A DNA stretch of 64,000 bases, from positions 224,001 to 288,000 of the forward strand of contig JBMNIW010000001.1 of the NCBI GenBank assembly GCA_050951325.1, written 5' to 3'. The DNA is from Clostridia bacterium (GTDB lineage Bacteria; Bacillota; Clostridia; UBA1212; DUPL01). Made by a program: the position numbers and the translations under genes. The notes under the pieces are model-generated. The model made no database searches. It had not been told where the DNA came from and worked only from the letters and a program-made list of their open reading frames with translations. Below, in pieces: positions 19,997 to 30,197 of the stretch (the stretch's first letter is position 1; the number at the start of each line of letters is the position of its first letter).

Positions 19997-21130
19997 TTAA
20001 ACAGGCTCCCTTACAAAATCGCCGACACTTACAGAACCATCCTCGTTCCAATAAAATCTCATAAACTCAATATATTGCTCATTTCCAGGCAGTCTTTCTG
20101 CAACAGAAATGTACCACTTACCCTTGAATTCAAACACCTCACTGCAGGAAGGCACATGAGCGGTATCTCCTACATGGTTCTCATCGCCTATCAAAAGACC
20201 TTTAACTTCAAAACCACCAAGCGGATTGTCGGATACTGCATAGGAAGTACCTTTTCCGCAGTCGGTATAGAAAAGATAATATTTGTTTTCATGCTTTACC
20301 ATGAAAGGAGATTCGCAGGCATATTTGCATCCAAGTTCAATCAAGGTTTCATCCTTCCAGTCAACAAGGTTCTTTGACGACGCAACACCGCATGCAGGAA
20401 AAGCATTTCCAACTTTTCTAATACCTGCGGTATAAAAATACATGTAGAAGGTATCATTATCCTTAAATATCATCACATCGCGATTGTCAAACCAGCTCTC
20501 CTGTGTCCACTTGTTCCATCTTGTCGGATAATACAAGGGATTCTTCTCATACCTTTCCCAGTTGTACAAATCCTTTGATGTGGCAAGAACAGTTGCCTGG
20601 GAAACATTGTAGTTAACCCCTGTATAGAACATCCAGTACATGCCGTCATGATGAATGACCGCAGGAGCCCATACCTGATAAACTTCATGTCCTTCAGGAT
20701 GTATTGCCACTGCAGGCTTGTGTATTTCCCAATCCACAAGATTCGTACTTGACGCATGTCCTATGTAGTGTACATATCTTTCCGGCCAGTCATAACCTAT
20801 GGAATCAATGGTGTAAAAAAGATGAACCTTATCATCAACTACAACCACTGAGTGGTCTGAACAGGAGCCTCCCGGTTCACAAAACTTGCCTTTAAGAGGC
20901 AGCTCCCCTCTTTCAAGGCTTTCCAGATGCCTGTACGCTCTTGTAATAAGATTGTCATACGAGATTCCATCCGGGGGCTGCCCGAAGTATGTATCGGGGC
21001 GGGCGCCTCTTGAAATCAAATCCGCCCTGTTTGCAAGTGCTTCAATGCTGGCCACAGTCTTTTTGTACTCAAAACCTTCCTTGACTCTGAAAGGTCCAAG
21101 TCTGCTCATAATATCCCTGTATGCGTTCAT
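19997..21130 (-). CDS. Five-bladed beta-propeller glycoside hydrolase (GH32/GH43-like)
   Basis: DHS..HLFY, GHASS.NLVDWE, VWAPAV, ATSKDLYNWE, NRDVMIF, CESPF. Confidence 0.75.
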   Translation of the reverse strand: MNAYRDIMSRLGPFRVKEGFEYKKTVASIEALANRADLISRGARPDTYFGQPPDGISYDNLITRAYRHLESLERGELPLKGKFCEPGGSCSDHSVVVVDDKVHLFYTIDSIGYDWPERYVHYIGHASSTNLVDWEIHKPAVAIHPEGHEVYQVWAPAVIHHDGMYWMFYTGVNYNVSQATVLATSKDLYNWERYEKNPLYYPTRWNKWTQESWFDNRDVMIFKDNDTFYMYFYTAGIRKVGNAFPACGVASSKNLVDWKDETLIELGCKYACESPFMVKHENKYYLFYTDCGKGTSYAVSDNPLGGFEVKGLLIGDENHVGDTAHVPSCSEVFEFKGKWYISVAERLPGNEQYIEFMRFYWNEDGSVSVGDFVREPV

Positions 21131-21145
21131 AAAGGCCTCCCATAT

Positions 21146-22522
21146 CTATTTTAATATCTTTTTAACCAGTTTTAAATTCTTGCGGTTTGGATATCTTAGT
21201 GGAACATCTATCACATTTGATTTTCTTAAAATGCTCTTGTAGTGGGTAAAGGTGTCAAAGCTTTTCCTGCCGTGATAGCTGCCCATGCCGCTTTCGCCAA
21301 CACCACCAAAAGGCATTTGCTTGGATACAAGATGCATGATGGTGTCGTTTATGCATCCGCCTCCAAAGGATATTGAGTTTAAAATCTTCTCTTCCCTATC
21401 CTTGCTTGTTGTAAAGAAGTACAAGGCAAGAGGTTTGGGTCTCAGTTTTATTCTCTCAATTACTTCATCCAAATTCTCAAACTCAATAATCGGAAGAACA
21501 GGCCCAAAGATTTCTTCCTGCATCACGGGACTGTCCCAGGATGCATTATCAATGAAACACGGATTTATCTTCAATCTCTTTTCGTCAAATTCTCCCCCGT
21601 AAATTACCTTCTCACTTTTTACAAGTCCGAGCAATCTGTTAAAGTGCTTTTCATTTATGATCTTCGTGTAGCCCTCATTCTCAACAGGGTTCGAACCATA
21701 AAAGTCTTCCACAACCCTTTTCATTTTTTCAACCAGTTCGTTTTTTACACTTGAATGAACCAACAGATAGTCAGGAGCAACGCAGGTCTGACCCACATTT
21801 ATGAGTTTGCCCCAGATAATTCTTTTTGCAGCCAAATCCAGATTTGCCGTTTCGTCAACTATGCAGGGACTCTTGCCGCCAAGCTCCAAGGTTACCGGTG
21901 TAAGATGTTTGGCTGCACTTTCCATAACCACTTTTCCAACGGAAACACTTCCTGTAAAGAATATATAGTCGAACTTGCTGTCAAGCAGTGCCTTGTTGGC
22001 TTCCCTTCCCCCTTCAATTACACAAATGTATTCCTTATCGAAGGTTTCCTCAATGAGGTGCTTGAGTACCTTTGATGTATTTGGAGAATAGGACGACGGC
22101 TTGACAACTGCACAATTCCCTGCCGCAATACTTCCCACAAGAGGAGCAATTGCCAGCTGGAAAGGATAGTTCCATGGTGATATGATCAAGGTTACACCAT
22201 AGGGTTCAGGATAGATAAAGCTTTTTGCTGGAAAAGAGGCAATATCCGTTCGGACTCTTTTCCTTTTTGCCCATTTGGGAAGCTTTCTTGCCGCATAACT
22301 TAGCTCATTCAAAACAAAACCTATTTCAGTAGTGTATGAGTCAAAGGCATCCTTGTTTAGATCCTTAAAAAGCGCATCCATTATCCTGTCTTCATAACCC
22401 AAAACAGCCCTTTTCAGCTTTTTAAGCATCTCAATCCGGAACTTTACATCCTTTGTCCTTCCACTATTGAAAAACTCCCTTTGTTTATTGACAATCTCAC
22501 TGATGGCGTCCATGTTCACCAC
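21146..22522 (-). CDS. Aldehyde dehydrogenase (ALDH3-like)
   Basis: PWNYP, FTGS, LELGGKSP, GQTCVAPDY, EEIFGP. Confidence 0.95.
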   Translation of the reverse strand: MVNMDAISEIVNKQREFFNSGRTKDVKFRIEMLKKLKRAVLGYEDRIMDALFKDLNKDAFDSYTTEIGFVLNELSYAARKLPKWAKRKRVRTDIASFPAKSFIYPEPYGVTLIISPWNYPFQLAIAPLVGSIAAGNCAVVKPSSYSPNTSKVLKHLIEETFDKEYICVIEGGREANKALLDSKFDYIFFTGSVSVGKVVMESAAKHLTPVTLELGGKSPCIVDETANLDLAAKRIIWGKLINVGQTCVAPDYLLVHSSVKNELVEKMKRVVEDFYGSNPVENEGYTKIINEKHFNRLLGLVKSEKVIYGGEFDEKRLKINPCFIDNASWDSPVMQEEIFGPVLPIIEFENLDEVIERIKLRPKPLALYFFTTSKDREEKILNSISFGGGCINDTIMHLVSKQMPFGGVGESGMGSYHGRKSFDTFTHYKSILRKSNVIDVPLRYPNRKNLKLVKKILK

Positions 22523-22525
22523 CCT

Positions 22526-22885
22526 TTACTTTCTTAATATCTTTTCCATCGCCTTTCCTTTGGCCAGTTCATCAACCAGCTTGTCCAAATAGCGTATTTC
22601 CCTCATCAAAGGCTCTTCAATTTCCTCCACCCTTACACCGCATACCATACCTTTTATGAGCATGCGGTTTGGGTTAAGTTCTGGTGCCTGGGAGAAAAAT
22701 TCCTCAAAAGTCGATTCCTTTTCAAGATGCTCCAAAAGTTCTTCCTGGGTGTATCCTGTAAGCCACAAGATAATCTCGTCAACTTCCTGTTTGGTACGCC
22801 CTTTCCTTTCAGCCTTGCTTACATAAAGAGGATAAACCTTGGCAAAACTCATGGAATATATTTTTTCATTACTGTTTCTTCCCAT
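22526..22885 (-). CDS. DUF2200-like protein
   Basis: [25 protein letters not shown]; [26 protein letters not shown]. Confidence 0.85.
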   Translation of the reverse strand: MGRNSNEKIYSMSFAKVYPLYVSKAERKGRTKQEVDEIILWLTGYTQEELLEHLEKESTFEEFFSQAPELNPNRMLIKGMVCGVRVEEIEEPLMREIRYLDKLVDELAKGKAMEKILRK

Positions 22886-22981
22886 AACAATCCTTCCTGG
22901 TGTTTTTCTTTATGCTACCATAATTTATTTCGAAATACAAAAAAACAACAAAAACGTGTAACACGGTTGTTTTCCAACCTT

Positions 22982-23842
22982 TTACCCTTCATTCTTCCCA
23001 GTCTTTATGTTGATAACCAGCATCCCCAACATTATAAACACGCCGCCGATGAGGGTTCTGACAGTCAGTATATCTCCTACAAATATGGAGAAAATGGCTA
23101 CAAAAAGTGGTTCTGACAGGAATATAATGGCTGCATGGGTAGGGTCTGTGTAGGGCTGCATCTTGTTCTGCACCATGTATGCAACCACAGTACTGAATAC
23201 CGCTATAAACAAAACTGAAAGAACCGTGGTTTTGTTTATGGGAACGTAAAACTTCTCCACTGCCATGGAAGGTATGAAAGACAAAAGACTTACCACCAGC
23301 ATTTGCATAAATGTGGTCTCAAGTATGTATTCACTTTTTGCATACTTGCCCACCAGCAAAATCTGAAAGGCATAAGCTACTGCACTGACAACCAAAAGAA
23401 CGTCACCAATATTGATTCCAGAAGATCCTTCAATCGACATTACAGCAAGACCAAACAAACTTATTCCCACTGCAAAAACAGTCTTTAAATCCGGCAGCTT
23501 TCTGTATATTACAGCAGTTATTACAGGAACAAATATTGAATACAAACCTGTAAGAAAACCGGCCTTGCTTGGGGTTGTATATAATAGGGCTATGGTTTGC
23601 AGAAGACTTCCCAGAAACATGGACAAACCTATAAGAGCTCCACCTTTTATACTTTCCTTCTCTGTTTTTCTCAATCTTTTAACCACAAAAGGAAGTAATA
23701 TAATTGTGGCAATGGAGTATCTTGTCAGCATGAAAGTATAAGGGCCAATATGTTGGAGAGCAAGGCTCATTACCGGCATGCCCGCTCCCCAAATCATACT
23801 AATAACCAACAAAGAAATATCCGCTTTTAGTTGTTTACTCAT
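22982..23842 (-). CDS. DMT/EamA family transporter
   Basis: About 10 hydrophobic segments, IWG start, SKAGFLT, AAII..SEP.F. Confidence 0.88.
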   Translation of the reverse strand: MSKQLKADISLLVISMIWGAGMPVMSLALQHIGPYTFMLTRYSIATIILLPFVVKRLRKTEKESIKGGALIGLSMFLGSLLQTIALLYTTPSKAGFLTGLYSIFVPVITAVIYRKLPDLKTVFAVGISLFGLAVMSIEGSSGINIGDVLLVVSAVAYAFQILLVGKYAKSEYILETTFMQMLVVSLLSFIPSMAVEKFYVPINKTTVLSVLFIAVFSTVVAYMVQNKMQPYTDPTHAAIIFLSEPLFVAIFSIFVGDILTVRTLIGGVFIMLGMLVINIKTGKNEG

Positions 23843-23857
23843 TCAATCCTCTTTCTA

Positions 23858-25642
23858 TCAATCTATTTTGTAATTCACAGCCTGTGACTGGAACAACTTG
23901 TAGTACAAACTATCCGTCTTCTTGAGCAGATTCTCATGGGTGTCGTAATCCTGCACCTTTCCCTTCTCAATAATCAGCACTCGGTCGCAGAATACGCTGC
24001 TGGACATTCTGTGGGATATGTATATGGCAGTTTTCTTACCAATCAGTTTGTTGAAGTTTGCATATATATCTGCTTCAGCAATCGGATCAAGAGCTGATGT
24101 CGGCTCATCAAGAATCACCAGCGAAGCATCCTTGTACAAAGCTCTTGCTATTGCAATCTTCTGGGTCTGACCGCCTGACATCTCGATACCTTTTTCATCG
24201 TATGCCTTTCCAATTCTCGAACGGATGCCCTCTGGAAGACTCTGCACCTTTTCCGTCATGCCCACTTCTTCCAGAATAGCCATGGCTCTTTCGGTATCTT
24301 CTCCAACATCCTTGCAGGTAATGTTCTCCTCAATACTGAATGCAAACAGTTTGTAATCCTGAAAAACCGCAGCAATCTTCTTCATGTAGCTTGTGTAGTC
24401 ATACTCAAACACATCCCTGCCGTTTATTAATATCTTGCCTGACATAGGTCTGTACAGCCTGCAAACAAGCTTTACCAAGGTAGTCTTTCCAGCACCGTTC
24501 AATCCTACAATGGATATCTTCTCACCCTTTGATATCTTGAAGGATATGTCATCAAGGACAAGCATGTCGCTTCCAGGATACTTGAAGGATACATTTCTAA
24601 ACTCAATGGATTCAACCTCTCCTTCAGACTCCACATCTCCGCCCACATCCTTTTCATCAGGCAGAGACATGAATTCCATGAAAGGATCCAGAAATCTCAA
24701 TGTCTGACCCATCATGACGATGTTTTTGGAAAGCTCGGTTGTCTCCCTTGCAAAGTTTATGGCACTAGACACATACATGGAAAAGGAACCTATGCCTATT
24801 CTTGGTCCGAACCAGTCGGTTGCCACCCTTAAAGCAACGTATCCGTATGCAATTGCAGCCTGCAGGTCGTTTATGATTCCATTAACACCTGTGACTACTC
24901 CCTGTTTTTCGTAGTATCCTGAGAACCAGTCATTTATCTCCTTGTTGTACTCCGTCACCCTGTCTGAGAGCATCTTGTTCATGCTGTAGAGACGGATGTC
25001 CTTTTGCAGTCTGTTGTCATAGCACAAGTCAAGATAATAGCCGTACTTCCTGTTGACAGGTATTATCTGAGAAAAGAAATTTACCTGGTAGTTCACAAAA
25101 GCGAAGTATATAACAATGCCTATGACAACAGTGACAAGAAGCATAAGTACAAGAATACGGCTCAGAAATAACATTATAGCAAAAAGGCCTGCAATTGTGA
25201 ACACGTTCTTGAATATGAATGCAATGCTTTTAACCAGCCCCAGCATAGCCTGCTGGTTTGTGGTGGCAAACACAGCCCTTTCTTTCAAATCAAGATAATA
25301 TGGGTTTTCAAGGTACGAAAACTCCACATTCATAATTTTTTCACCCATTGCATAATTCATCTTTTCCGACATGTACCTGTTTTTTACCTCCATGGTCCTT
25401 TTCATAAGGTTGTTCAAGAATGCAAAGAAAATATTTGCAAGTACAATTGCGCACACAAAGAAAACAATTATGCCAACTTCTCTTTCTCCCAACAACTCGT
25501 CAATCAAAAACTTTGGGAGTACAACATTTGCAATAATCTGTCCTCCTCCAGCAATAGTGTTGACTATGAGAAGGAGAATGTATGAGGGGGATATCTTCCA
25601 TGACAGTGAGAAAAACATCCTTATCTTCTTCAAATTATTCAT
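23858..25642 (-). CDS. ABC transporter fused permease/ATP-binding protein
   Basis: N-terminal TMD; GLNGAGKT, VFQD, MSGGQ, ILDEPT, SHR; ATG at 25642 after GGGAGG. Confidence 0.93.
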   Translation of the reverse strand: MNNLKKIRMFFSLSWKISPSYILLLIVNTIAGGGQIIANVVLPKFLIDELLGEREVGIIVFFVCAIVLANIFFAFLNNLMKRTMEVKNRYMSEKMNYAMGEKIMNVEFSYLENPYYLDLKERAVFATTNQQAMLGLVKSIAFIFKNVFTIAGLFAIMLFLSRILVLMLLVTVVIGIVIYFAFVNYQVNFFSQIIPVNRKYGYYLDLCYDNRLQKDIRLYSMNKMLSDRVTEYNKEINDWFSGYYEKQGVVTGVNGIINDLQAAIAYGYVALRVATDWFGPRIGIGSFSMYVSSAINFARETTELSKNIVMMGQTLRFLDPFMEFMSLPDEKDVGGDVESEGEVESIEFRNVSFKYPGSDMLVLDDISFKISKGEKISIVGLNGAGKTTLVKLVCRLYRPMSGKILINGRDVFEYDYTSYMKKIAAVFQDYKLFAFSIEENITCKDVGEDTERAMAILEEVGMTEKVQSLPEGIRSRIGKAYDEKGIEMSGGQTQKIAIARALYKDASLVILDEPTSALDPIAEADIYANFNKLIGKKTAIYISHRMSSSVFCDRVLIIEKGKVQDYDTHENLLKKTDSLYYKLFQSQAVNYKID

Positions 25643-26157
25643 TGTTTTTGCCTCCCTCATTGTAGTATTTGCCTTGAATTACAAACATCTCGTAATAGCT
25701 TCCCCGTTTGGCCATAAGCTCGTCATGGCTTCCGTATTCTTTAATACCGTCATTATCCAGCAGAACTATCTTGTCGCAGAACTTTGTGCTTGCAAGCCTG
25801 TGCGATACAAAAATTGAAGTCTTGTTCTTTACCAGTTCGTTAAAATTCTCATATATCTCAGCTTCCGCAAGAGCATCCAGAGAAGCAGTAGGCTCATCAA
25901 GAATTACCATATTGCCATCCTTGTACAAAGCCCTTGCAATGGCAAGCTTCTGATTTTCACCACCCGAGAACTCAATACCCTTCTCATCTATAATTTTCAG
26001 CATCATTTGGTCAAGGCCTTTTGGCAAATTTCCAACCTTGTTTCCAAGACCCACCTTGTCCAAAGACTGAACAACTTTTTCCTTGTCAATGTTTTCCGAC
26101 CTGCAGGCAACATTCTCGGCAATGGTGAATGCTAATACATTAATATCCTGGAACACT
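25635..26157 (-). pseudogene. ABC transporter, 3' fragment (gene interrupted by integrative element)
   Basis: Starts at the Q-loop (VFQD) and contains FSGGE, ILDEPT, SHR; lacks Walker A, which is in 37945-39230. Confidence 0.92.
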
Positions 26158-26217
26158 ACTGGAAATCGTGTATACGTTTATAGCGTATCGAGGGTTCGAA
26201 TCCCTCTCTCTCCGCCA
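26158..26217 (+). tRNA. 3' fragment of tRNA-Ser(GGA) carried in the att site (not a complete tRNA)
   Basis: ACTGGAAATCGTG, long variable arm (ATACG..CGTAT), T-arm GAGGGTTCGAATCCCTC, TCTCTCCGCCA; the 5' anticodon-stem strand CACGA is at the other element end (37941-37945). Confidence 0.88.
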
Positions 26218-26221
26218 AATG

Positions 26222-26254
26222 ACAAGGGTTTGCAAGAATTTGCAAACCCTTTTT
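26222..26254 (+). terminator. Hairpin after the tRNA fragment
   Basis: AAGGGTTTGCAA-gaat-TTGCAAACCCTT followed by T's. Confidence 0.75.
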
Positions 26255-26284
26255 ACATGCTTATTTTTCTGCTAAAAAGTCTAT

Positions 26285-26311
26285 TTGCTAAAAATTTGCT
26301 AAAAAATGATT
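26285..26311. repeat. Putative integrase arm-type sites (left copy)
   Basis: TTGCTAAAAATTTGCTAAAAAATGATT, identical to 37797-37823; built of TGCTAAAAA units. Confidence 0.75.
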
Positions 26312-26385
26312 TAAGACAGAACAGAATAGAAAAGGATAAACTGAAAAGTTTTGTTGCCAATCTCAACCCAAAATTTCTTTATCAT

Positions 26386-27576
26386 TTATTCAAATAGGTT
26401 TGTCTGTACAGCATCAGAGGCCTGTTCCTTTCTTTCCAATGCATCTTGATATATGTCAGCGGTAATAGTTACAGAACTATGCCCTAGCATCGCAGAGGTC
26501 ACTTTTAAATCTACATTTGACTCTAGCATTAATGTGGCATAACTGTGGCGTAAATCATGAAACCTAATTATAGGAAAATTGTTTTTCTCCAATAATTTTC
26601 TGAACTTCTTGCTAAAATTCTTCGGGTTTAATGGGGTTCCATCATTATGGCAGCAGACAAGGTCATTATCGATATAGTCCGACCCTATCATTTTTTTAAT
26701 TTTCTCTTGTTTCTCTTTATGTTCAAGCAATAATTCCACTAAACCCTTGGGCATAGGGAGTGTCCTTATACTGTTTTCTGTTTTCAAGGTAGTTAACTCA
26801 ACAATCTTTTTCTGCTCGTTATAACTTGCCTGCTGTCTTATCTCTACTTTTCCAGTATTAAAATTAATATTCTTCCACTGAAGTCCCAAAACCTCGCCAC
26901 GCCTTAACCCTAAAGAAACCCCTAAAGTTACAGGTATATACAAATCTGTTCCATTTGCGGCTTCTAATAGTATTTTCAGCATATTAGCATCATAAATATT
27001 GTTTTGGTATTTCCTCACAGTAGGCCTTGATACGCCTTCTGCCGGATTTCTTATTAGAATACCATCTCTGACAGCATCTTTTAGCGCTTTATTCAATACT
27101 CGATGAATATATTGAATAGACCTTGCTGATAATTTTTTAGATTTATTTTCATCATTATTGCTGCCACCCCCATCATATAGGTCGAAGTAAAACTTTTGGA
27201 TTTGTCCTCTAGAAAGTTGTTGGATAGGTACGTGACCTATGTTAGGAATTATATGATTTTCAATATTGACCCTGTAACCCCTTAGTGTATTACTGCTTAG
27301 CCTTGGCCTGCAATGTGTGCCGTACCATTTAGTAAGGTATTCCGCCAAGGTCATCTTTGTCGGTTCTATATAGGTATTGGAGTTAATTTTAGCGTTTATT
27401 TCGTATAATGCTTCCTGGGCTTCTTTCTTGGTTTTGAAGCCCCCCTTCCATCGTTGCTTCTTTTTCCCCGTCTTTGGGTCTATTGGGTAATATAATATTG
27501 TCCATGTATTTCCACGCTTAAATGGATTCCCCCGTTTGCCATACCTTCGAGTTTTACCGTTAGTCTCATTTTTCAA
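26386..27576 (-). CDS. int: Tyrosine recombinase/integrase
   Basis: N-terminal arm-binding region (GGFKTKKEA), GLRRGE, KT, FHDLRHS, LGHS...T.DIY. Confidence 0.95.
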   Translation of the reverse strand: MKNETNGKTRRYGKRGNPFKRGNTWTILYYPIDPKTGKKKQRWKGGFKTKKEAQEALYEINAKINSNTYIEPTKMTLAEYLTKWYGTHCRPRLSSNTLRGYRVNIENHIIPNIGHVPIQQLSRGQIQKFYFDLYDGGGSNNDENKSKKLSARSIQYIHRVLNKALKDAVRDGILIRNPAEGVSRPTVRKYQNNIYDANMLKILLEAANGTDLYIPVTLGVSLGLRRGEVLGLQWKNINFNTGKVEIRQQASYNEQKKIVELTTLKTENSIRTLPMPKGLVELLLEHKEKQEKIKKMIGSDYIDNDLVCCHNDGTPLNPKNFSKKFRKLLEKNNFPIIRFHDLRHSYATLMLESNVDLKVTSAMLGHSSVTITADIYQDALERKEQASDAVQTNLFE

Positions 27577-27644
27577 TTTTAATTCCTCCTTTACAAGATG
27601 TTCTAAGACTGCGCCTCTGTTAAAGAAGCGCAGCCACTTGCTTT

Positions 27645-27851
27645 TTATGAGACTCTCTCCTCATGTGAGGAGTTAAGCCACTCAAAAAATGGTTGTGTCG
27701 GTATCCTAATAGCATTCTTTATTCTTATATGAGGGAATAGGTTCTGGTGTACAACCTCATAGGCCTTACTTCGACCAATCCTTAGAATCTCTGCCACCTC
27801 AGGAACAGTTAAAGTAGCCTGCTTTTTATAATCTTCAATGCTCCTAGTCAT
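27645..27851 (-). CDS. xis: Excisionase-like HTH protein
   Basis: LTVPEVAEILRIGRSKAYE...FPHIRI...IRIP...F.EWL; directly upstream of int. Confidence 0.85.
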   Translation of the reverse strand: MTRSIEDYKKQATLTVPEVAEILRIGRSKAYEVVHQNLFPHIRIKNAIRIPTQPFFEWLNSSHEERVS

Positions 27852-28078
27852 TTCGATTCCTCCTTTGTGTTTTAATGATATTAATGCCTGTTTCTATATG
27901 ACTCTTTATATAAAAAGTTCTGATTGGGATTCAACTTTTTATGGTAAGTTTTGTCCCTACATTTGTAGCATAACACAAAAAAATTGTACGGTTTTTATCC
28001 CCCTATTCTTCTGAATCTCTTCTGGTACAATATGGGGAAGACATGAAATGTTTACATAATCCAATATTGCTAGTAATA

Positions 28079-28120
28079 AAAAAAGGCTTTAGTAGATTCA
28101 TAGTCTACTAAAACCTTTTT
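28079..28120. terminator. Bidirectional terminator after the three-gene operon
   Basis: AAAAAAGG(C)TTTAGTAGA..TCTACTAAA(A)CCTTTTT. Confidence 0.7.
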
Positions 28121-28149
28121 GATGGCGCTATAGAGTTTACCCTAATCTG

Positions 28150-29019
28150 TCAGAAAATTAAATGTAACGTGTCATCCTCTAACATATCCAAAAATGCTAT
28201 ATTATCTATCACTCTTTCTTGCTCTTCAATTGAATTATCCTGTTTCTTCCTAGTGAATTTAATCCTTCTCGCCTGCCTATAACTATTTACAAATGAATCA
28301 ATATTATCACGCTTTATATATCCAAGCCTTGTCCATTCATAAATTAAAAAGTCGTTTGACTTAAAAGTTATGGACGTATATCTTTTATCTCTAAAATAAT
28401 CTTCTTTATAAATCTTTTCCTTTGCTTTAGAGATAAAGTCATAAGCATCTCTATCACTGCTGAAGATAGTAATAGTATCAATCTTTTCACTGTAAAAATA
28501 GGAAAATATATAACTTAGAACACAAATTGAAATCTCGCCTGCATTTTTTCTCTGAATTCTACCGTTTGCAAGTTCCCTTTTATCCAGTCCCTCATTATAA
28601 ATTATATCTAACCATTCCTCATAAGGAGCCAAATCTTCTACTGGTCTCCCTTGCAGAATGTTTCTCTTTATAAATCCAACAAGCCTACTCACATTGTTGC
28701 AACTATACAGAAATATATAATACAATGCTGCTTCTTTATAATCCACTAATGCTGCGTAATCAACCTCATCTATAATTTGGACCTTTGAAAAATGCTTTAA
28801 ATTATAGATATAATTTTTCCTCTTTTCACTATCACAAACCTCTACCCACACCCATTTAGGTATAAAAATTATATCATACTGACAAAATATCTTTTCAGGG
28901 CCAATCCTATCATACATCCGGGTTAAAAACTCAATTGAATTATTATCTAAAATACAAACTTTGAGGGACTTGCCCTTAGAAAGATATTCTTTTAAGCAGT
29001 CAATATCTTTCCCTTTCAT
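28150..29019 (-). CDS. Hypothetical protein with PIN-like acidic motifs
   Basis: VCILDNNS, IPKWVWVEV, NAGEISI, FSSDRD follow the D/E/E/D order of PIN nucleases; ATGA overlap with the upstream gene. Confidence 0.55.
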   Translation of the reverse strand: MKGKDIDCLKEYLSKGKSLKVCILDNNSIEFLTRMYDRIGPEKIFCQYDIIFIPKWVWVEVCDSEKRKNYIYNLKHFSKVQIIDEVDYAALVDYKEAALYYIFLYSCNNVSRLVGFIKRNILQGRPVEDLAPYEEWLDIIYNEGLDKRELANGRIQRKNAGEISICVLSYIFSYFYSEKIDTITIFSSDRDAYDFISKAKEKIYKEDYFRDKRYTSITFKSNDFLIYEWTRLGYIKRDNIDSFVNSYRQARRIKFTRKKQDNSIEEQERVIDNIAFLDMLEDDTLHLIF

Positions 29020-29810
29020 TTAGAGAGTCCCTCCAGCCCTTCTTGAATTTTACTCTTTATTTCTAACAAATAACTATAATTATCTTTATGATATGAGACA
29101 TCTGGATTCTCTTCCATAACCTTTTTCATTTTTTTCTCCAAGCCACCTAAATTTACTACATATGAGGGTTTTACTAACTCGGAATCTAGCCCTAAATCTA
29201 TAAATTTCTGCACTAAATTTATAGATTTGTTATCAAAATGCTCCACAATCTCTTTCTTTAATTCTAAATCATTATATTTAGTAGTGGCTTCTTCAAATAG
29301 TTCTATCAGCACCGCCTTATATGGTGCCTTATATGCGTCCATACATTTTATAACCCTATCAATGAAATCTTCATCATCTAACGAGTAGTAATATTCATAT
29401 ACATTGCCAAAAATCATTTTTGCAGCAAAATAATCTGCCTTTCTTTCATTCAAATCCATATCAACTGCAATATTGTGTGTTTCTTCGCTCAAATTAAGGT
29501 CATAAAACAGGTGATAAATTTCATGCCATGCTACAAAATACTGATATACACGGGGCTGGGCTGTGTTTATCACTGGTATTTTGATGTTTTCCTTTGTAAT
29601 TATAGCCCCACCCCAATATTTATCATCAATAGGAATTTGAATTAAATGATGCTCTTTTAACACGGAAAAAGACAGTTTGTCTTGCCCTGCCATCCCCACC
29701 CTATTAAATCTAACTGTAAAATCATTTGTTAATCTTAATATATCATCTTTAATCAATTTATTTTTTTCAATAACCTGCTCCAGGTTCTTGCTAGTTATTA
29801 GTTCTGACAT
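29016..29810 (-). CDS. ImmA/IrrE-family Zn metallopeptidase
   Basis: IN..QP..YQYFVAWHEIYH (HExxH) ... ERKADYFAA. Confidence 0.85.
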   Translation of the reverse strand: MSELITSKNLEQVIEKNKLIKDDILRLTNDFTVRFNRVGMAGQDKLSFSVLKEHHLIQIPIDDKYWGGAIITKENIKIPVINTAQPRVYQYFVAWHEIYHLFYDLNLSEETHNIAVDMDLNERKADYFAAKMIFGNVYEYYYSLDDEDFIDRVIKCMDAYKAPYKAVLIELFEEATTKYNDLELKKEIVEHFDNKSINLVQKFIDLGLDSELVKPSYVVNLGGLEKKMKKVMEENPDVSYHKDNYSYLLEIKSKIQEGLEGLSK

Positions 29811-29822
29811 AATTTCACCTTC

Positions 29823-30197
29823 TTAACCATAGTATAGTTCATACATGTGAACTATATCTTCTAAAATACCGAACATCTCCTGAGCATTAGAGGTTAAGGT
29901 ATGGTCATCTGGAGCATTATCAGATAGGGCAAAAACAAAATCCCTTTTTTCCTTGTGTCTTGGAGTATAATGCAAAAGTTGTTCAGCATCCATATCCTGG
30001 CTTTTTAGTATTTTACTAATATGGGTTCTAAATGTTGAGAGATTGTCAACTTCTCCCTTAATTAGTTTATCTAAAGTAGGCCTTGAAATAGTTGTGAGCC
30101 TTGAGAAGGATGACTTGGTATATCCGTTATCCTTTATGATGTTTAATATATTTTCACCAATTAATTTTCTGTTTTCAAACAATAATTCTATAATCAT
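29823..30197 (-). CDS. XRE-like HTH protein
   Basis: IGENI..IIK..GYTKSSFSRLTTISRPTLDKLIKGE; GGGAGG RBS. Confidence 0.75.
   Translation of the reverse strand: MIIELLFENRKLIGENILNIIKDNGYTKSSFSRLTTISRPTLDKLIKGEVDNLSTFRTHISKILKSQDMDAEQLLHYTPRHKEKRDFVFALSDNAPDDHTLTSNAQEMFGILEDIVHMYELYYG

Noticed and set aside
26158-26217. Complete functional tRNA-Ser gene
   Set aside because: The 5' acceptor strand and D-arm are absent; upstream sequence is ABC coding sequence. It is an att-site fragment.
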